From positions 18,117-82,116 of the forward strand of contig JAHEAW010000001.1 of the NCBI GenBank assembly GCA_024642545.1: a DNA stretch of 64,000 nt. The letters run 5' to 3'. The translations under genes and the position numbers were made by a program. This document shows, piece by piece, positions 28,235-38,914 of the stretch. Every line of letters starts with the position of its first letter. Position 1 is the stretch's first letter. The notes under the pieces are model-generated. The model saw nothing but the letters and a program-made list of their open reading frames with translations, made no database searches and was not told where the DNA came from. Origin of the DNA: Erythrobacteraceae bacterium. GTDB taxonomy: Bacteria > Pseudomonadota > Alphaproteobacteria > Sphingomonadales > Sphingomonadaceae.

Positions 28235-30058
28235 TTGGACAATCAGCGCAATCTCTTGCTTGCCGTGGTGCTATGCGGCTTGCTTCTCTTGGGTTGGGAC
28301 ACAGGGATGAACTATCTTTATCCCCAGCCTGCCAAGACCGAAGCGAGCCAGACAGCAGGCGCCATTGCAGCCAGCAGCCCGGCTGATACAGCCAGTAGCA
28401 CAGCGCCCGCCGCCGCTTCGGACAGCAAGACCAAGATCAAGCGTACACGTGAAGGCGGTCTGATTGATCCGGCCCAAATCGCCGAGGAGAAGAAGGATCT
28501 GGTCACCGCACTGGCCGCACCGACCCGGGTCAAGGTGGACGCACCGGAAATCCTCGGTTCGATCAATCTGATCGGGGCCAGGATCGACGATGTAACGCTG
28601 AAAACGCACCGGCAGACAGTCAAGCTGGATAGCGGGCCGGTGCGCCTGTTCTCTCCGGCCGGCACTCCGGCGCAGCAATTTGCCCAGTTCGGCTGGGTTG
28701 GCGAGGGCATTGAGCTGCCGACCGGCGATACGGTGTGGCAAGCGACCCCCGGGCCGCTGACGCAGAGTAATCCGGTTACGCTGAGCTGGGACAATGGCGA
28801 AGGCCAGACCTTCAAGATCAAGTTTTCAGTCGATGCGCATTATATGTTCAGCGCCGATCAGAGCGTGATCAACACCAGCGATAAGCCTGTTGTGGTGAAA
28901 CCGTTCGCGACCGTGAACCGGACAAGCACCACCGCCAGCACTGACACCTGGAATGTCCATTCCGGTCCGATTGGCGATTTTGGTGATGCGGTCAGCTTCA
29001 GTACCAATTACAGCGATGTTTCCGATGCGGGCAAAGTCACACCGGCTGGCAAGGCCGGCTGGATCGGCTTTACCGACATTTACTGGTTGTCCGCGCTGGT
29101 TCCGCAAAAAGGCGGTGATCCGGCGGCTGATTTCCGTTCGCTTGGCAATAATATCTTCCGCGCTGATCTGATCTATCAGCCGGTCACTGTGCAGCCTGGT
29201 GGCGAAGCCGGCCGCACCACGCGCCTGTTTGCCGGGGCCAAGGAAACCCCGGTGCTCGACATGTACGAAGCCCAAGGGGTCAACAAGTTTGGCTTTGCGA
29301 TCGACTGGGGCTGGTTCAGCTGGTTTGAAAAGCCGATCTTCTGGCTGCTGAGCAAATTGTTCAGCATGGTCGGCAACTTTGGTCTGGCGATCATTCTGCT
29401 GACCCTGATCATCCGCGGGGCAATGTTCCCGATTGCGCAGAAGGGCTTTGCCTCGATGGCCTCGATGAAGGCGATCCAGCCCAAAATGAAGGCGATTCAG
29501 GAACGCTACAAGGACGACAAGCAAAAGCAGCAGCAGGAGATCATGGCACTATACAAGGCGGAAAAGGTCAATCCGCTGGCTGGCTGCCTGCCGATGCTGA
29601 TCCAGATTCCGATCTTCTTTGCGCTCTATAAAACGCTGATCCTGACCATCGAAATGCGGCATCAGCCGTTCATCCTGTGGATCAAGGATCTGAGCGCGCC
29701 TGACCCTGCGCATATCCTCAACCTGTTCGGCCTGCTTCCCTTCACGCCGCCCAGCTTCCTTGGCATCGGCGTGCTGGCGGTGCTGTTGGGGATCACGATG
29801 TGGATGACCTTCCGGCTTAACCCGGCTGCGATGGACCCGATGCAGAAGCAGATTTTCAGTATCATGCCGTGGATGCTCATGTTCGTGATGGCGCCGTTTG
29901 CCGCGGGTCTGCTGGTTTACTGGATCACCTCCAACCTGCTCACGCTGGCGCAGCAAAGCTATCTGTATTCCAAGCATCCGCAATTGCGGGCGCAAGCTGA
30001 CAAGCTGAAGGAAGACGTGGAGCGGGTAAAGGCGCGCGATGCGAAGAGGAAGACGTGA
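28235..30058 (+). CDS. yidC: membrane protein insertase YidC
   Basis: 607 aa. Large periplasmic P1 domain and the conserved C-terminal core (GCLPMLIQIPIFFALY). TTG start. Confidence 0.95.
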   Translation: MDNQRNLLLAVVLCGLLLLGWDTGMNYLYPQPAKTEASQTAGAIAASSPADTASSTAPAAASDSKTKIKRTREGGLIDPAQIAEEKKDLVTALAAPTRVKVDAPEILGSINLIGARIDDVTLKTHRQTVKLDSGPVRLFSPAGTPAQQFAQFGWVGEGIELPTGDTVWQATPGPLTQSNPVTLSWDNGEGQTFKIKFSVDAHYMFSADQSVINTSDKPVVVKPFATVNRTSTTASTDTWNVHSGPIGDFGDAVSFSTNYSDVSDAGKVTPAGKAGWIGFTDIYWLSALVPQKGGDPAADFRSLGNNIFRADLIYQPVTVQPGGEAGRTTRLFAGAKETPVLDMYEAQGVNKFGFAIDWGWFSWFEKPIFWLLSKLFSMVGNFGLAIILLTLIIRGAMFPIAQKGFASMASMKAIQPKMKAIQERYKDDKQKQQQEIMALYKAEKVNPLAGCLPMLIQIPIFFALYKTLILTIEMRHQPFILWIKDLSAPDPAHILNLFGLLPFTPPSFLGIGVLAVLLGITMWMTFRLNPAAMDPMQKQIFSIMPWMLMFVMAPFAAGLLVYWITSNLLTLAQQSYLYSKHPQLRAQADKLKEDVERVKARDAKRKT

Positions 30059-30708
30059 CCGACGCTGACGAGCGCGAACGCACGCTGCTGGCGGAACGTG
30101 CCGCCCGGCTGTTCTCCGGTCGGGTAGAGTTTCTGCTTTCCGCCCCGCAACTTAAATTCCTGCCGGAACCCGGGGTCCCGGAAATCGCCTTTTGCGGGCG
30201 CAGCAATGTTGGCAAGTCCAGCCTGCTGAATGCGCTGACTGGCCGCAAAGCCATCGCGCGGGCCTCGGTCACGCCAGGGCGGACGCAGGAACTCAACTAT
30301 TTCGAAGTCGGCGATCCGACATTGTTCCGGTTGGTTGATATGCCCGGCTATGGCTTTGCCAAGGCACCGCCCAAAGTGGTCGAACGGTGGAAAGCGCTGG
30401 TCCGCACCTTCCTGAAAGGCCGCCAGACGCTCCACCGGACACTGCTGCTGGTTGATAGCCGCCACGGGGTGAAAGATGTTGACCGCGAGATGATGCGGAT
30501 GCTCGATGAAACCGCGGTCAGTTACCGGATCGTGCTGACCAAGGCCGACAAGATCAAGGCCAGCGAACTCGACACGGTGATCGCCAAAACCGCTGACGAA
30601 GCCCGTATGCACCCCGCAGCCTATCCCGAAATGCACGTTACCAGCGCGGAAAAAGGCATGGGCATCCCTGAACTTCGCGCTGCCGTGCTGGCGGACGCGG
30701 GGGCTTAG
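30055..30708 (+). CDS. engB: ribosome biogenesis GTP-binding protein YihA/EngB
   Basis: G1 GRSNVGKSSLLNAL, G3 DMPGYG, G4 TKADK. 4-nt overlap with the yidC stop. Confidence 0.9.
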   Translation: MTDADERERTLLAERAARLFSGRVEFLLSAPQLKFLPEPGVPEIAFCGRSNVGKSSLLNALTGRKAIARASVTPGRTQELNYFEVGDPTLFRLVDMPGYGFAKAPPKVVERWKALVRTFLKGRQTLHRTLLLVDSRHGVKDVDREMMRMLDETAVSYRIVLTKADKIKASELDTVIAKTADEARMHPAAYPEMHVTSAEKGMGIPELRAAVLADAGA

Positions 30709-30714
30709 CTTCCG

Positions 30715-31392
30715 CTACCCGCCAAAGCCGACAAATACTGCCGCTTCATCCACGCTCTTGCGCTCCGACACTACGGCGTTGGCAGGGAAGCTTTCGTCGG
30801 GCCAGCCGAGCGCGATGCTTTTCATGATCACTTGATCGTCAGCGATTGCGGCATGTTCGCGCACGACGGGCGATTGCATGATACCCTGGCTGTTGATCAC
30901 TGCGCCCAGCCCGCGTGACCAGGCGGCATTGACCAGCGCTGTTGCCACCGCGCCGCAGTCAAACGCGGTATCATCGCTGGTGCTCAGCTGCTTGTCGTAA
31001 GTGACAATAACACACACCGGCGCGTCAAACTGGCGGAAGCCGCGCAGGACCCAGTCCTGCCGCGCGTCCTTGTCATCGCGTTCGATCCTCATTGCGCTGA
31101 ACAATTGTTTGGCCACGCCAATTTGCCGTTCGCGATGAACCCCGGCGAATGCCTCCCCGGTACGAAATTCGCGGCTTTGCGGGACCCCTGCGACCATCCG
31201 TTCGGTATTACCTCGACGGATCCGGTCGAGCGGCTCGCCAGTAATGACATAGAAATTCCACGGCTGCGTATTCATCGAAGACGGTGCGCGCATGGCGAGA
31301 GTGAGAACTTCCTCGATCAGTTCGCGTGGTACCGGATCGGGCTTGTAGCCCCGGATCGAGCGACGACCCATCACGACATCATCATAGTCCAT
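30715..31392 (-). CDS. nitroreductase family protein
   Basis: RRSIRGYKPDPVP...APSSMNTQPW is the typical nitroreductase N-terminal region. Confidence 0.8.
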   Translation of the reverse strand: MDYDDVVMGRRSIRGYKPDPVPRELIEEVLTLAMRAPSSMNTQPWNFYVITGEPLDRIRRGNTERMVAGVPQSREFRTGEAFAGVHRERQIGVAKQLFSAMRIERDDKDARQDWVLRGFRQFDAPVCVIVTYDKQLSTSDDTAFDCGAVATALVNAAWSRGLGAVINSQGIMQSPVVREHAAIADDQVIMKSIALGWPDESFPANAVVSERKSVDEAAVFVGFGG

Positions 31393-31470
31393 TAGTGGCC
31401 CTTTATCTTGCCCGCTGTGCGGCTGTTCATACAGAGTTGGACGCGCGGCGAAAGGGGCAAGGGCGCGGGC

Positions 31471-31893
31471 TTAACGTGCGAACAGGCTTTCCAGGCTGGC
31501 GAAGGCCTTCATCTCCAGAGCATTGCCGGACAGATCGCGGAAGAACATGGTCGCCTGTTCGCCCGCCTGACCTTTGAAGCGGATAGTCGGTTCGATTTCG
31601 AACTGGACGCCTGCCGCTTTTAGCCGGTCGGCCAACGCTTGCCAGTCACCTATGTCCAGCACCACACCGAAATGCGGCACGGGCACACCGTGGCCATCGA
31701 CCGGATTCGCGCCTGCATCAGCATCGCCCATATCTGGCACCAGATGCGTCACTATCTGGTGGCCATAGAAATTGAAGTCGATCCATTGATCCGAACTACG
31801 CCCTTCTTCGCAGCCCAGAAAGCTGCCGTAGAACTGGCGAGCCAGTACAAGATCATGAACCGGAAAGGCGAGATGGAAGGGGCGCAGGGACAT
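31471..31893 (-). CDS. VOC (glyoxalase/dioxygenase) family protein
   Basis: [11 protein letters not shown]...HFGVVL pattern. ~140 aa after trimming the start to MSLRPFH. Confidence 0.65.
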   Translation of the reverse strand: MSLRPFHLAFPVHDLVLARQFYGSFLGCEEGRSSDQWIDFNFYGHQIVTHLVPDMGDADAGANPVDGHGVPVPHFGVVLDIGDWQALADRLKAAGVQFEIEPTIRFKGQAGEQATMFFRDLSGNALEMKAFASLESLFAR

Positions 31894-32021
31894 GCGCCAT
31901 GCGATAAGCGCCCTGTGTAAATCTGGGAAGCGAATTTGCACCCCGTTCAGTCTCGACAGCACCTTGATGAACGCCTAACGCGGCGCAGAACAGCAGGCGA
32001 GAACGGCAAGAAAGCGCACGC

Positions 32022-32687
32022 ATGAAGCTTATCATCGGCAACAAGAATTATTCGAGCTGGTCCCTTCGCGGCTGGCTGGCAGCGAAGCAAGCGGGGCTGC
32101 CTTTCGAAGAGCTGACCGTCAATATCGGCGGAGAGGACTGGGAACAGGCCAAGCGCCAATCGGGCGAAATCATGCCTTCGGGCAAGGTGCCGATTCTGTG
32201 GGACGGAGAGGTGGTGATCTGGGACAGCCTCGCGATTATGGAATATCTGGGCGACAAGGTCGGCCGCGACCGGTTCTGGCCCAAGGATGATGCAGCGCGC
32301 GGCATGGCGCGTTCCATCGTCGCTGAAATGCACAGCAGCTTTCTGGCGCTGCGGCGGCAATGCCCGATGAATGTGCGGGCAGTAAAGCAGGGCGTGGAGA
32401 TCAGCGAGGAATGCAAGGTCGATATTGTTCGGGTGCTGCAACTGTGGGCAGAAGCGCGGGCACGGTATGGCCAGGGCGGACCATTCCTGTTCGGGACTTT
32501 TGGCGCAGCGGATATCTTCTACGCGCCAGTGGTTAGCCGTTTCATCACTTACCGGTTTGGCGTTCCGGGCTTTGCGCAGGCCTATATGCAGGCAGTGTGG
32601 GAACACGAATGGATGCAGGCCTGGGTCGCGGCGTCGGAAGATGAACAATGGGTACTCGAACAATATGAGGTTCCAGTCACCGCTTGA
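32022..32687 (+). CDS. glutathione S-transferase family protein
   Basis: MKLIIGNKNYSSWSLRGWL N-terminal thioredoxin-like domain, GKVPIL motif and an alpha-helical C-terminal domain. Confidence 0.8.
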   Translation: MKLIIGNKNYSSWSLRGWLAAKQAGLPFEELTVNIGGEDWEQAKRQSGEIMPSGKVPILWDGEVVIWDSLAIMEYLGDKVGRDRFWPKDDAARGMARSIVAEMHSSFLALRRQCPMNVRAVKQGVEISEECKVDIVRVLQLWAEARARYGQGGPFLFGTFGAADIFYAPVVSRFITYRFGVPGFAQAYMQAVWEHEWMQAWVAASEDEQWVLEQYEVPVTA

Positions 32688-32712
32688 TTGCATTCATCCC
32701 ACTGGTGAAACG

Positions 32713-33321
32713 TCAGCGCAGCGCTGAATAGAAGAACCAGCTGCCGACTGCTGCCATCACCAGTGCGAGTATGCGCCGTACCGGACGGTTGCTGGCAGGT
32801 GCAGCAATGAAGCGGCGCAAATGGCCCGCACTCATGACCAAGGTCAGATGGACCATCGTCGCCACGGCCACGCTGATCATACCGAGCAGCAGAATCTCGC
32901 TGAAATGTGCATCCCGCGCAGACAGGAACTGCGGCACCACAGTCACAAAAAACAGCGCCGCCTTGGCATTGAGCAGGTTGATCCCGATGCCCGCCCCCAG
33001 ATCGCGCCGGGGCGAATAGGTGGCGATTGCGGCAGGCGAGGATTCGCCGTGATCCTGCCATCCGCGCCATGCCAGCCAGAGCATCATTAAGCCGGCCGCA
33101 AATCCGATCCACGCAGTGATGAAGGGGGCTTCGATCAGCAAGGCGGACAAGCCTGCGCTCGACAAGGCGGCATTAAGCGCAAGGCCAATCGCAATCCCCA
33201 GCGTGGCAGCAAATCCGGCCTGTCGGCCTTCAGACAGGGTCAAGGAAACCAGCCATGCCATATTGGGTCCAGGGGTCACTTCGATCAGCAGCACTGCCAG
33301 CGCGAAACCCAGCCAGTCCAA
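32713..33321 (-). CDS. LysE/RhtB family amino-acid exporter
   Basis: 202 aa, six TM helices. N-terminal FALAVLLIEVTPGPNM matches the LysE family signature. Confidence 0.8.
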   Translation of the reverse strand: MDWLGFALAVLLIEVTPGPNMAWLVSLTLSEGRQAGFAATLGIAIGLALNAALSSAGLSALLIEAPFITAWIGFAAGLMMLWLAWRGWQDHGESSPAAIATYSPRRDLGAGIGINLLNAKAALFFVTVVPQFLSARDAHFSEILLLGMISVAVATMVHLTLVMSAGHLRRFIAAPASNRPVRRILALVMAAVGSWFFYSALR

Positions 33322-33419
33322 GGCTTATGCCTTCTTCGGCAGGGCGGAAAGATCGATCTTGGGCATGGCGGATGAACTCTTTCTGGAAAGCGGCGCAGCG
33401 CTGGTTTAGGCGTGGTGCC

Positions 33420-34565
33420 ATGACCGATGCCATTCACGCAACCAAACTTGCCCGACTGCTCATGTCTGCGCACAGCATCACCCCGGCAACGGGCGAGGTT
33501 TTTGCGCTGCTGGACGCCATGCTTGAGCCGCTTGGTTTTGACGTGCACCGCTTCACGGCAGGTGCGGCACCGGATGGCCCAGTGGAAAATCTCTTCGCAA
33601 TCCGGCGCGGCCCCGCCGGATCGAAGCATTTTGCCTTTGCCGGGCACCTCGATGTTGTGCCGCCGGGCGAAGGCTGGTCAAGCGCGCCGTTCGAACCAGA
33701 GATTCGCGCTGCTCCTGGCGGGGACCTCCTTTACGGGCGCGGCGCGGTTGATATGAAGGGTGCCATCGCCGCGATGGTGGCAGCGGCGGCAGAGCTTCCG
33801 GTAGATGCAGGCACGATCAGCTTCATCATCACCGGGGATGAAGAAGGCCCTGCAATTTTTGGCACCCGCGCGCTGATCGATCTGATCAATCAGCGCGGCG
33901 ATGTCCCCGATCTGTGCTTGGTCGGCGAACCAACTTCGGTCAACCAATTGGGCGATATGATGAAGATCGGTCGCCGCGGCTCGGTCAATATCTGGCTCGA
34001 AGTGGCAGGCACGCAGGGTCATGTGGCCTATCCCCATCTGGCGGATAACCCCGTGCCCAAGCTGGTCCGGATATTGGCAGAACTGGATGCGCTGGTGCTT
34101 GATGAAGGAACCGACTGGTTCCAGCCGTCCAATCTGGAAATTACCGAACTGGAAGTCGGCAATCCGGCGCATAATGTCATTCCGGCAGCGGCGAAGGCGC
34201 GCGTTTCAATCCGGTTTAACGATTTGCATAGCGGCAAATCGCTGTCGGAACGAGTGGGTGCGATTGCGCAAAAGCATGGCGGTATTGCCTTGCCAGTCAT
34301 TTCAGGCGAGCCGTTTCTGACTCCACCGGGCGACTTTTCACAGATGATCGCAGACGCGGTGAAAGCTGAAACGGGCCTGTCACCTGAACCTTCGACCACG
34401 GGCGGGACATCGGATGCCCGGTTCCTGCGGGCACTCTGTCCGGTGATCGAATTTGGGCTATGTAACGCCACCATGCACAAGCGGGACGAAGCAGTGGCCG
34501 TGGCCGACCTTGATACGCTGGCACGCATTTACGCGCGGATCGCTGCAGCTGCCCTCGGCCAGTAA
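33420..34565 (+). CDS. dapE: succinyl-diaminopimelate desuccinylase
   Basis: M20 peptidase motifs GHLDVVPPG, ITGDEEG and GTSDARF. Start trimmed to MTDAIH. Confidence 0.88.
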   Translation: MTDAIHATKLARLLMSAHSITPATGEVFALLDAMLEPLGFDVHRFTAGAAPDGPVENLFAIRRGPAGSKHFAFAGHLDVVPPGEGWSSAPFEPEIRAAPGGDLLYGRGAVDMKGAIAAMVAAAAELPVDAGTISFIITGDEEGPAIFGTRALIDLINQRGDVPDLCLVGEPTSVNQLGDMMKIGRRGSVNIWLEVAGTQGHVAYPHLADNPVPKLVRILAELDALVLDEGTDWFQPSNLEITELEVGNPAHNVIPAAAKARVSIRFNDLHSGKSLSERVGAIAQKHGGIALPVISGEPFLTPPGDFSQMIADAVKAETGLSPEPSTTGGTSDARFLRALCPVIEFGLCNATMHKRDEAVAVADLDTLARIYARIAAAALGQ

Positions 34566-34649
34566 AGACGCCGCTGCGGGGTTGCTGTCGCGGGCGATAG
34601 GCGGCACAAGGCGTCAGGGACTTTTTCAGGTCGCAGGGGGCACTTATTC

Positions 34650-35885
34650 ATGACACGCTGGTTTGCAATTCCGCTGTGGCAGCGCGTCGTCGCCGCGCTG
34701 ATCCTGGGCATCATCGTGGGCCGTATCTGGGGGCCAGGGGCGGAAAGCATCAAGATTGTGGGCGATGTGTTCGTCGCGTCGATCAAGATGCTGGTCGTGC
34801 CGCTGATTTTCTTCAGTCTTGTCTCGGGCGTTGCCGCAATTGGTGATTTGCGCAAACTGGGCGCGGTAGGCGGGCGGGCCATGCTGCTGTTTGTGGTGAC
34901 CGGCCAGATCGCCGTGTGGCTTGGCCTGTGGCTGGGCACTGTGTTTGCACCCGGCCTGGGGGTTGATACAACGGCGCTACAATTAGGGGTAACCCCGCCG
35001 CCCAACGACACAACCTGGCGCGATATGGTGATGTCGATTATCCCGCAAAGCCCGGTGCAAGTGATGGCCGATGTTGCGGTGCTGCCGCTGATCGTCTTTT
35101 CGCTGCTGATCGGGATTGGCATTCTGATGTCGGGGGACGAAGGCAAGCCGGTCCAGACGATCTTCGACAGCGGATCGGTGGTGATGCAAAAGGTCACTGC
35201 GGTGGTGATGGAGCTTACCCCGTTTGGCGTGTTCGCGCTGATGGCGTGGGTTGCCGGCACGCTCGGTTTTGATGCGCTGTATGCTCTGGCCAAGCTGGTT
35301 GGGCTCAATTACCTCGGCTGCTTGCTGATCATCTTCGTGATGTATTCGGGCATGATCAAATTTCTCGCCAAACTGCCTGTCGTCCATTTCTTCCGCGGGA
35401 TCGTTGATGCGATGGCGGTCAGCTATTCGACCGCCAGTTCCAATGCGACTTTGCCAGTGACCTTGCGCTGTGCAGAGCGCAACCTTGGTGTCAGCAATTC
35501 GGTTGCCAGTTTTGTGATCAGCCTTGGCGCGACGATCAATATGAACGGTACAGCGATGTATCTCGGCCTTGCGACCTTGTTTGGCGCGCAAGTGTTCGGG
35601 GTCGATCTGACCTGGGGTCAATACTTCCTGATCTCGATCCTCGGCACGCTCGGCGCGATTGGCGCAGCGGGCATTCCCGGTGCAGGCCTGATCATGATGG
35701 CGTTGGTGTTCGGTGCGGTCGGCGTGCCGCTGGAAACCATCGCCTTTGTGGCCGGGGTAGACCGAATTATGGACATGATGCGCACTGTCACGAACGTCAG
35801 TGGCGATGCGGCTGTGGCTGTCACCGTGGCCAGTATGACCGGCGACATTGACCGCGCAGAAATGATCAGTTCCGACGATGTTTGA
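34650..35885 (+). CDS. dicarboxylate/amino acid:cation symporter (DAACS family)
   Basis: SSNATLPVT and NMNGTAMY motifs typical of the GltP/DctA family. 411 aa, polytopic. Confidence 0.88.
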   Translation: MTRWFAIPLWQRVVAALILGIIVGRIWGPGAESIKIVGDVFVASIKMLVVPLIFFSLVSGVAAIGDLRKLGAVGGRAMLLFVVTGQIAVWLGLWLGTVFAPGLGVDTTALQLGVTPPPNDTTWRDMVMSIIPQSPVQVMADVAVLPLIVFSLLIGIGILMSGDEGKPVQTIFDSGSVVMQKVTAVVMELTPFGVFALMAWVAGTLGFDALYALAKLVGLNYLGCLLIIFVMYSGMIKFLAKLPVVHFFRGIVDAMAVSYSTASSNATLPVTLRCAERNLGVSNSVASFVISLGATINMNGTAMYLGLATLFGAQVFGVDLTWGQYFLISILGTLGAIGAAGIPGAGLIMMALVFGAVGVPLETIAFVAGVDRIMDMMRTVTNVSGDAAVAVTVASMTGDIDRAEMISSDDV

Positions 35886-35984
35886 CCGGTTGCTGGCGGT
35901 ATATTCGTCTGTTTTGACAGCCCGCCCACGCAGGCATAAGGCTTCATCCAGTCGTAACGTTAAGAGTTAGATGGAATATCGCAT

Positions 35985-38246
35985 ATGACCACAAGACCGC
36001 TGTTCGCTTCTGCCGCTTCTTTCGCGCTTGCCGTCAATCTTGTGCTTCCGGTTACTGCGCAAGCTGCGCCAGATGAAGCTGCGTCTCTGCAAGCGAAGTT
36101 TGACAGTCTGATCAGTTCAGCGGACCAGATCAAATGGCTGCGGGATATGTCGTCCGAGCCCAATCAGGTTGGCAGCCCGCACGACAAGGCCAATGCTGAA
36201 ATGCAGCTGGCGCAGTTCCGCAAATGGGGCTGGGACGCGCATATCGAAACATTCAAGGTGCTTTACCCGACCCCGATTTCCACGACGCTGGAAATGATCG
36301 CGCCGGGACGGGTTACCCTTGGCGGGCAGGAACCCGTGGTGCCCGGCGATGCCACATCAGACCGGACCAAGGGCGCGATGCCGCCCTATCTTGAATATCA
36401 GGGTGACGGCGATGTTACCGCGCCAGTGGTTTACGCCAATTACGGCATGCCGTCTGACTATGATGAGCTGGCCCGGCGCGGCATCAGCGTAAAGGGCAAG
36501 ATTGTTCTCACCCGTTATGGCGGCGGTTGGCGCGGGCTCAAGCCCAAGCTGGCGCAGGAACATGGCGCGGCAGGCTGCCTGATCTATTCCGATCCGGCCA
36601 ATGACGGTTACACCGAGGCCGATTCCTATCCCAAGGGCGGCGCCCGTCCGGCGTCGGGTGTCCAGCGCGGATCGGTCGAGGATATGACCACTTATCCAGG
36701 CGATCCGTTGACCCCGGGCGTGGGCGCAACCGAGGACGCCAAGCGGCTGACACGGGAGACATCCAAGGTCATCCTCAGGATCCCGGCGCTACCCATTTCC
36801 TATGCCGATGCGTCCAAGATCATTGCGGCCCTGCAAGGTCCGGTGGTCACCGGCACTGAGCGCGGCGCGCTTGGCATGGCCTATCACTGGGGCGGCAAGG
36901 ATACAGTCAAGGTCCACCTTGCGGTCAAATCGGACTGGTCGCTCAAGACCATTTATGATGTGATCGCAGTGATGAAAGGGTCGCAATATCCCGATCAATG
37001 GATCGTGCGCGGCAACCACCATGATGGCTGGGTTTTCGGTGCAGCGGATCCGTTGACCGGACAGGTCGCGTTGATGAGCGAAGCCAAGGCGCTGGGCGAA
37101 CTGGCCAAAGGCGGCTGGCGGCCCAAGCGCACAATTGTTTATGCAAGCTGGGACGGCGAGGAGCCCGGCTTGATCGGATCGACCGAATGGGCCGAACAGC
37201 ATGCCGATGAACTGAGGCAGAAAGCGCTGATCTACATCAATACCGACAATAATGGACGCGGTTTTCTCAGCGCTGCGGGTAGTCACGATTTGCAACATTT
37301 CGTCAATCAGGCGGGACGCGACGTGGCTGATCCGCAAACCGGGGTTCCAGTACTGGACCGTCTGCGCGCCAAGATCCTTGCAGCGCATTTTGAAGACCCG
37401 GCCAGTGTCCCGGCTGATCTGTACCAATCAGCCAAGGCGGGCGGCGACATTGCCATCGGCCCGCTTGGGTCAGGCTCTGACTATTCCGCGTTCCTGCAGC
37501 ATCTCGGCATCGCATCGGTTGATGTGCGCTTCGGCGGGGAAGATTTCTCCGACGGGTCTTATCACTCGATCTATGACAGTTTCGACCATGTGATGAATTT
37601 TGACGATCCGGGCCTGCTTTACGGTGCAGCCCTGTCGAAAGTGGTTGGCAGACTGGTGCTTGGCGCTGCCGACGGTGACCGGGTTCCCGCGCGCTATTCC
37701 GATTTTGCCGGTCAGGTAAAAACCTATGTGGGCGAACTGGGCAAACTTGCGGCAGACCAGAGGACCAAGGACCGCGCCCTCAAGGAATTGACCGCACAGG
37801 GCGCCTTCAAGCTGGCGTCCAGCCCCAGCGATCCAACGGCCGCGCCGCAAGATCGCGGTGTTACGCCACTGTTCGACCTGCTGGCTCTGCAGGATGCGTC
37901 CGATCGCCTCCTGCAATCTGCCGGAGCAGCCGATGCGATGCTTGGCAACTTTGGCGCTTTGCCGCCTGCAGCACGGGCTCAGGTTCAAGCTTCACTGGGG
38001 CAAATCGACCAGACGTTGATTGATCCCAACGGCCTGCCGGGCCGGACGTGGTTCAAGAACCTGGTCTATGCCCCAGGCACGTTGACCGGCTATGGCGCCA
38101 AAACGCTGCCCGGTGTACGCGAGGCGATTGAGCAGCGGCGCTGGGATGATGCGACGGCCTATGTCGCCAAGACAGCAGCTGTTCTCAACGCCTATTCGGA
38201 CAGGCTCGATGCAGCGGTCAAAGCCGCAGGAACAGCCGGTGACTAA
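35985..38246 (+). CDS. secreted M28-family peptidase with PA and transferrin-receptor-like dimerisation domains (glutamate carboxypeptidase II-like)
   Basis: Signal peptide, PA-domain region, M28 core (GNHHDGW, SWDGEEPGLIGSTEW) and a C-terminal helical domain. 753 aa. Confidence 0.8.
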   Translation: MTTRPLFASAASFALAVNLVLPVTAQAAPDEAASLQAKFDSLISSADQIKWLRDMSSEPNQVGSPHDKANAEMQLAQFRKWGWDAHIETFKVLYPTPISTTLEMIAPGRVTLGGQEPVVPGDATSDRTKGAMPPYLEYQGDGDVTAPVVYANYGMPSDYDELARRGISVKGKIVLTRYGGGWRGLKPKLAQEHGAAGCLIYSDPANDGYTEADSYPKGGARPASGVQRGSVEDMTTYPGDPLTPGVGATEDAKRLTRETSKVILRIPALPISYADASKIIAALQGPVVTGTERGALGMAYHWGGKDTVKVHLAVKSDWSLKTIYDVIAVMKGSQYPDQWIVRGNHHDGWVFGAADPLTGQVALMSEAKALGELAKGGWRPKRTIVYASWDGEEPGLIGSTEWAEQHADELRQKALIYINTDNNGRGFLSAAGSHDLQHFVNQAGRDVADPQTGVPVLDRLRAKILAAHFEDPASVPADLYQSAKAGGDIAIGPLGSGSDYSAFLQHLGIASVDVRFGGEDFSDGSYHSIYDSFDHVMNFDDPGLLYGAALSKVVGRLVLGAADGDRVPARYSDFAGQVKTYVGELGKLAADQRTKDRALKELTAQGAFKLASSPSDPTAAPQDRGVTPLFDLLALQDASDRLLQSAGAADAMLGNFGALPPAARAQVQASLGQIDQTLIDPNGLPGRTWFKNLVYAPGTLTGYGAKTLPGVREAIEQRRWDDATAYVAKTAAVLNAYSDRLDAAVKAAGTAGD

Positions 38247-38263
38247 GCGATAGGCCAAGCGCT

Positions 38264-38914
38264 TTACCGTCCCTTTGGCTGCTCCAGAACCTTCTTTGTG
38301 AAGCTGCACAGATCCGCCACTTTGCAGCGCCAGCATTCGGGCGTGCGTGCTTTGCAGGTGTAGCGGCCGTGCAGGATCAGCCAGTGATGCGCGTGAAGGC
38401 GGAAGGGCTGGGGGACACGCTTTTCCAGCTTGGCCTCGACCTGTTCCGGCGTCTTGCCCTTGGCCAGACCGGTGCGGTTGCCGACGCGGAAAATATGCGT
38501 GTCGACCGCGAAGGTTTCCTGCCCGAACCAGCAATTGAGCACGACATTGGCAGTCTTGCGGCCCACACCGGGCAAGCGGACCAGATCGTCGCGGGTATCT
38601 GGGACAGTGCCGCCAAACTCGTCGATTAGCAACTGTGACAGGGCGATCAAATTCTTGGCCTTGGAATTGAACAAGCCGATGGTCTTGATATGCTGCTTCA
38701 GTCCATCTTCCCCCAGATCGAGCATCTGCTGCGGCGTCTTGACCTTGGCGAACAGCGCCCGCGTGGCCTTGTTCACTCCGACATCGGTGGCTTGTGCGCT
38801 GAGCGCCACCGCCACCACCAATTGATAGGCATTCCCATAATCAAGTTCGGTTTCGGGCGCAGGGTTATCTTCCGCCAGCCGCCGGAAGAGCTCGAATATC
38901 TGGTCCTTGGTCAA
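38264..38914 (-). CDS. nth: endonuclease III
   Basis: HhH motif LPGVGRKTANVV and the 4Fe-4S cluster loop CKARTPECWRCKVADLC. Confidence 0.93.
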   Translation of the reverse strand: MTKDQIFELFRRLAEDNPAPETELDYGNAYQLVVAVALSAQATDVGVNKATRALFAKVKTPQQMLDLGEDGLKQHIKTIGLFNSKAKNLIALSQLLIDEFGGTVPDTRDDLVRLPGVGRKTANVVLNCWFGQETFAVDTHIFRVGNRTGLAKGKTPEQVEAKLEKRVPQPFRLHAHHWLILHGRYTCKARTPECWRCKVADLCSFTKKVLEQPKGR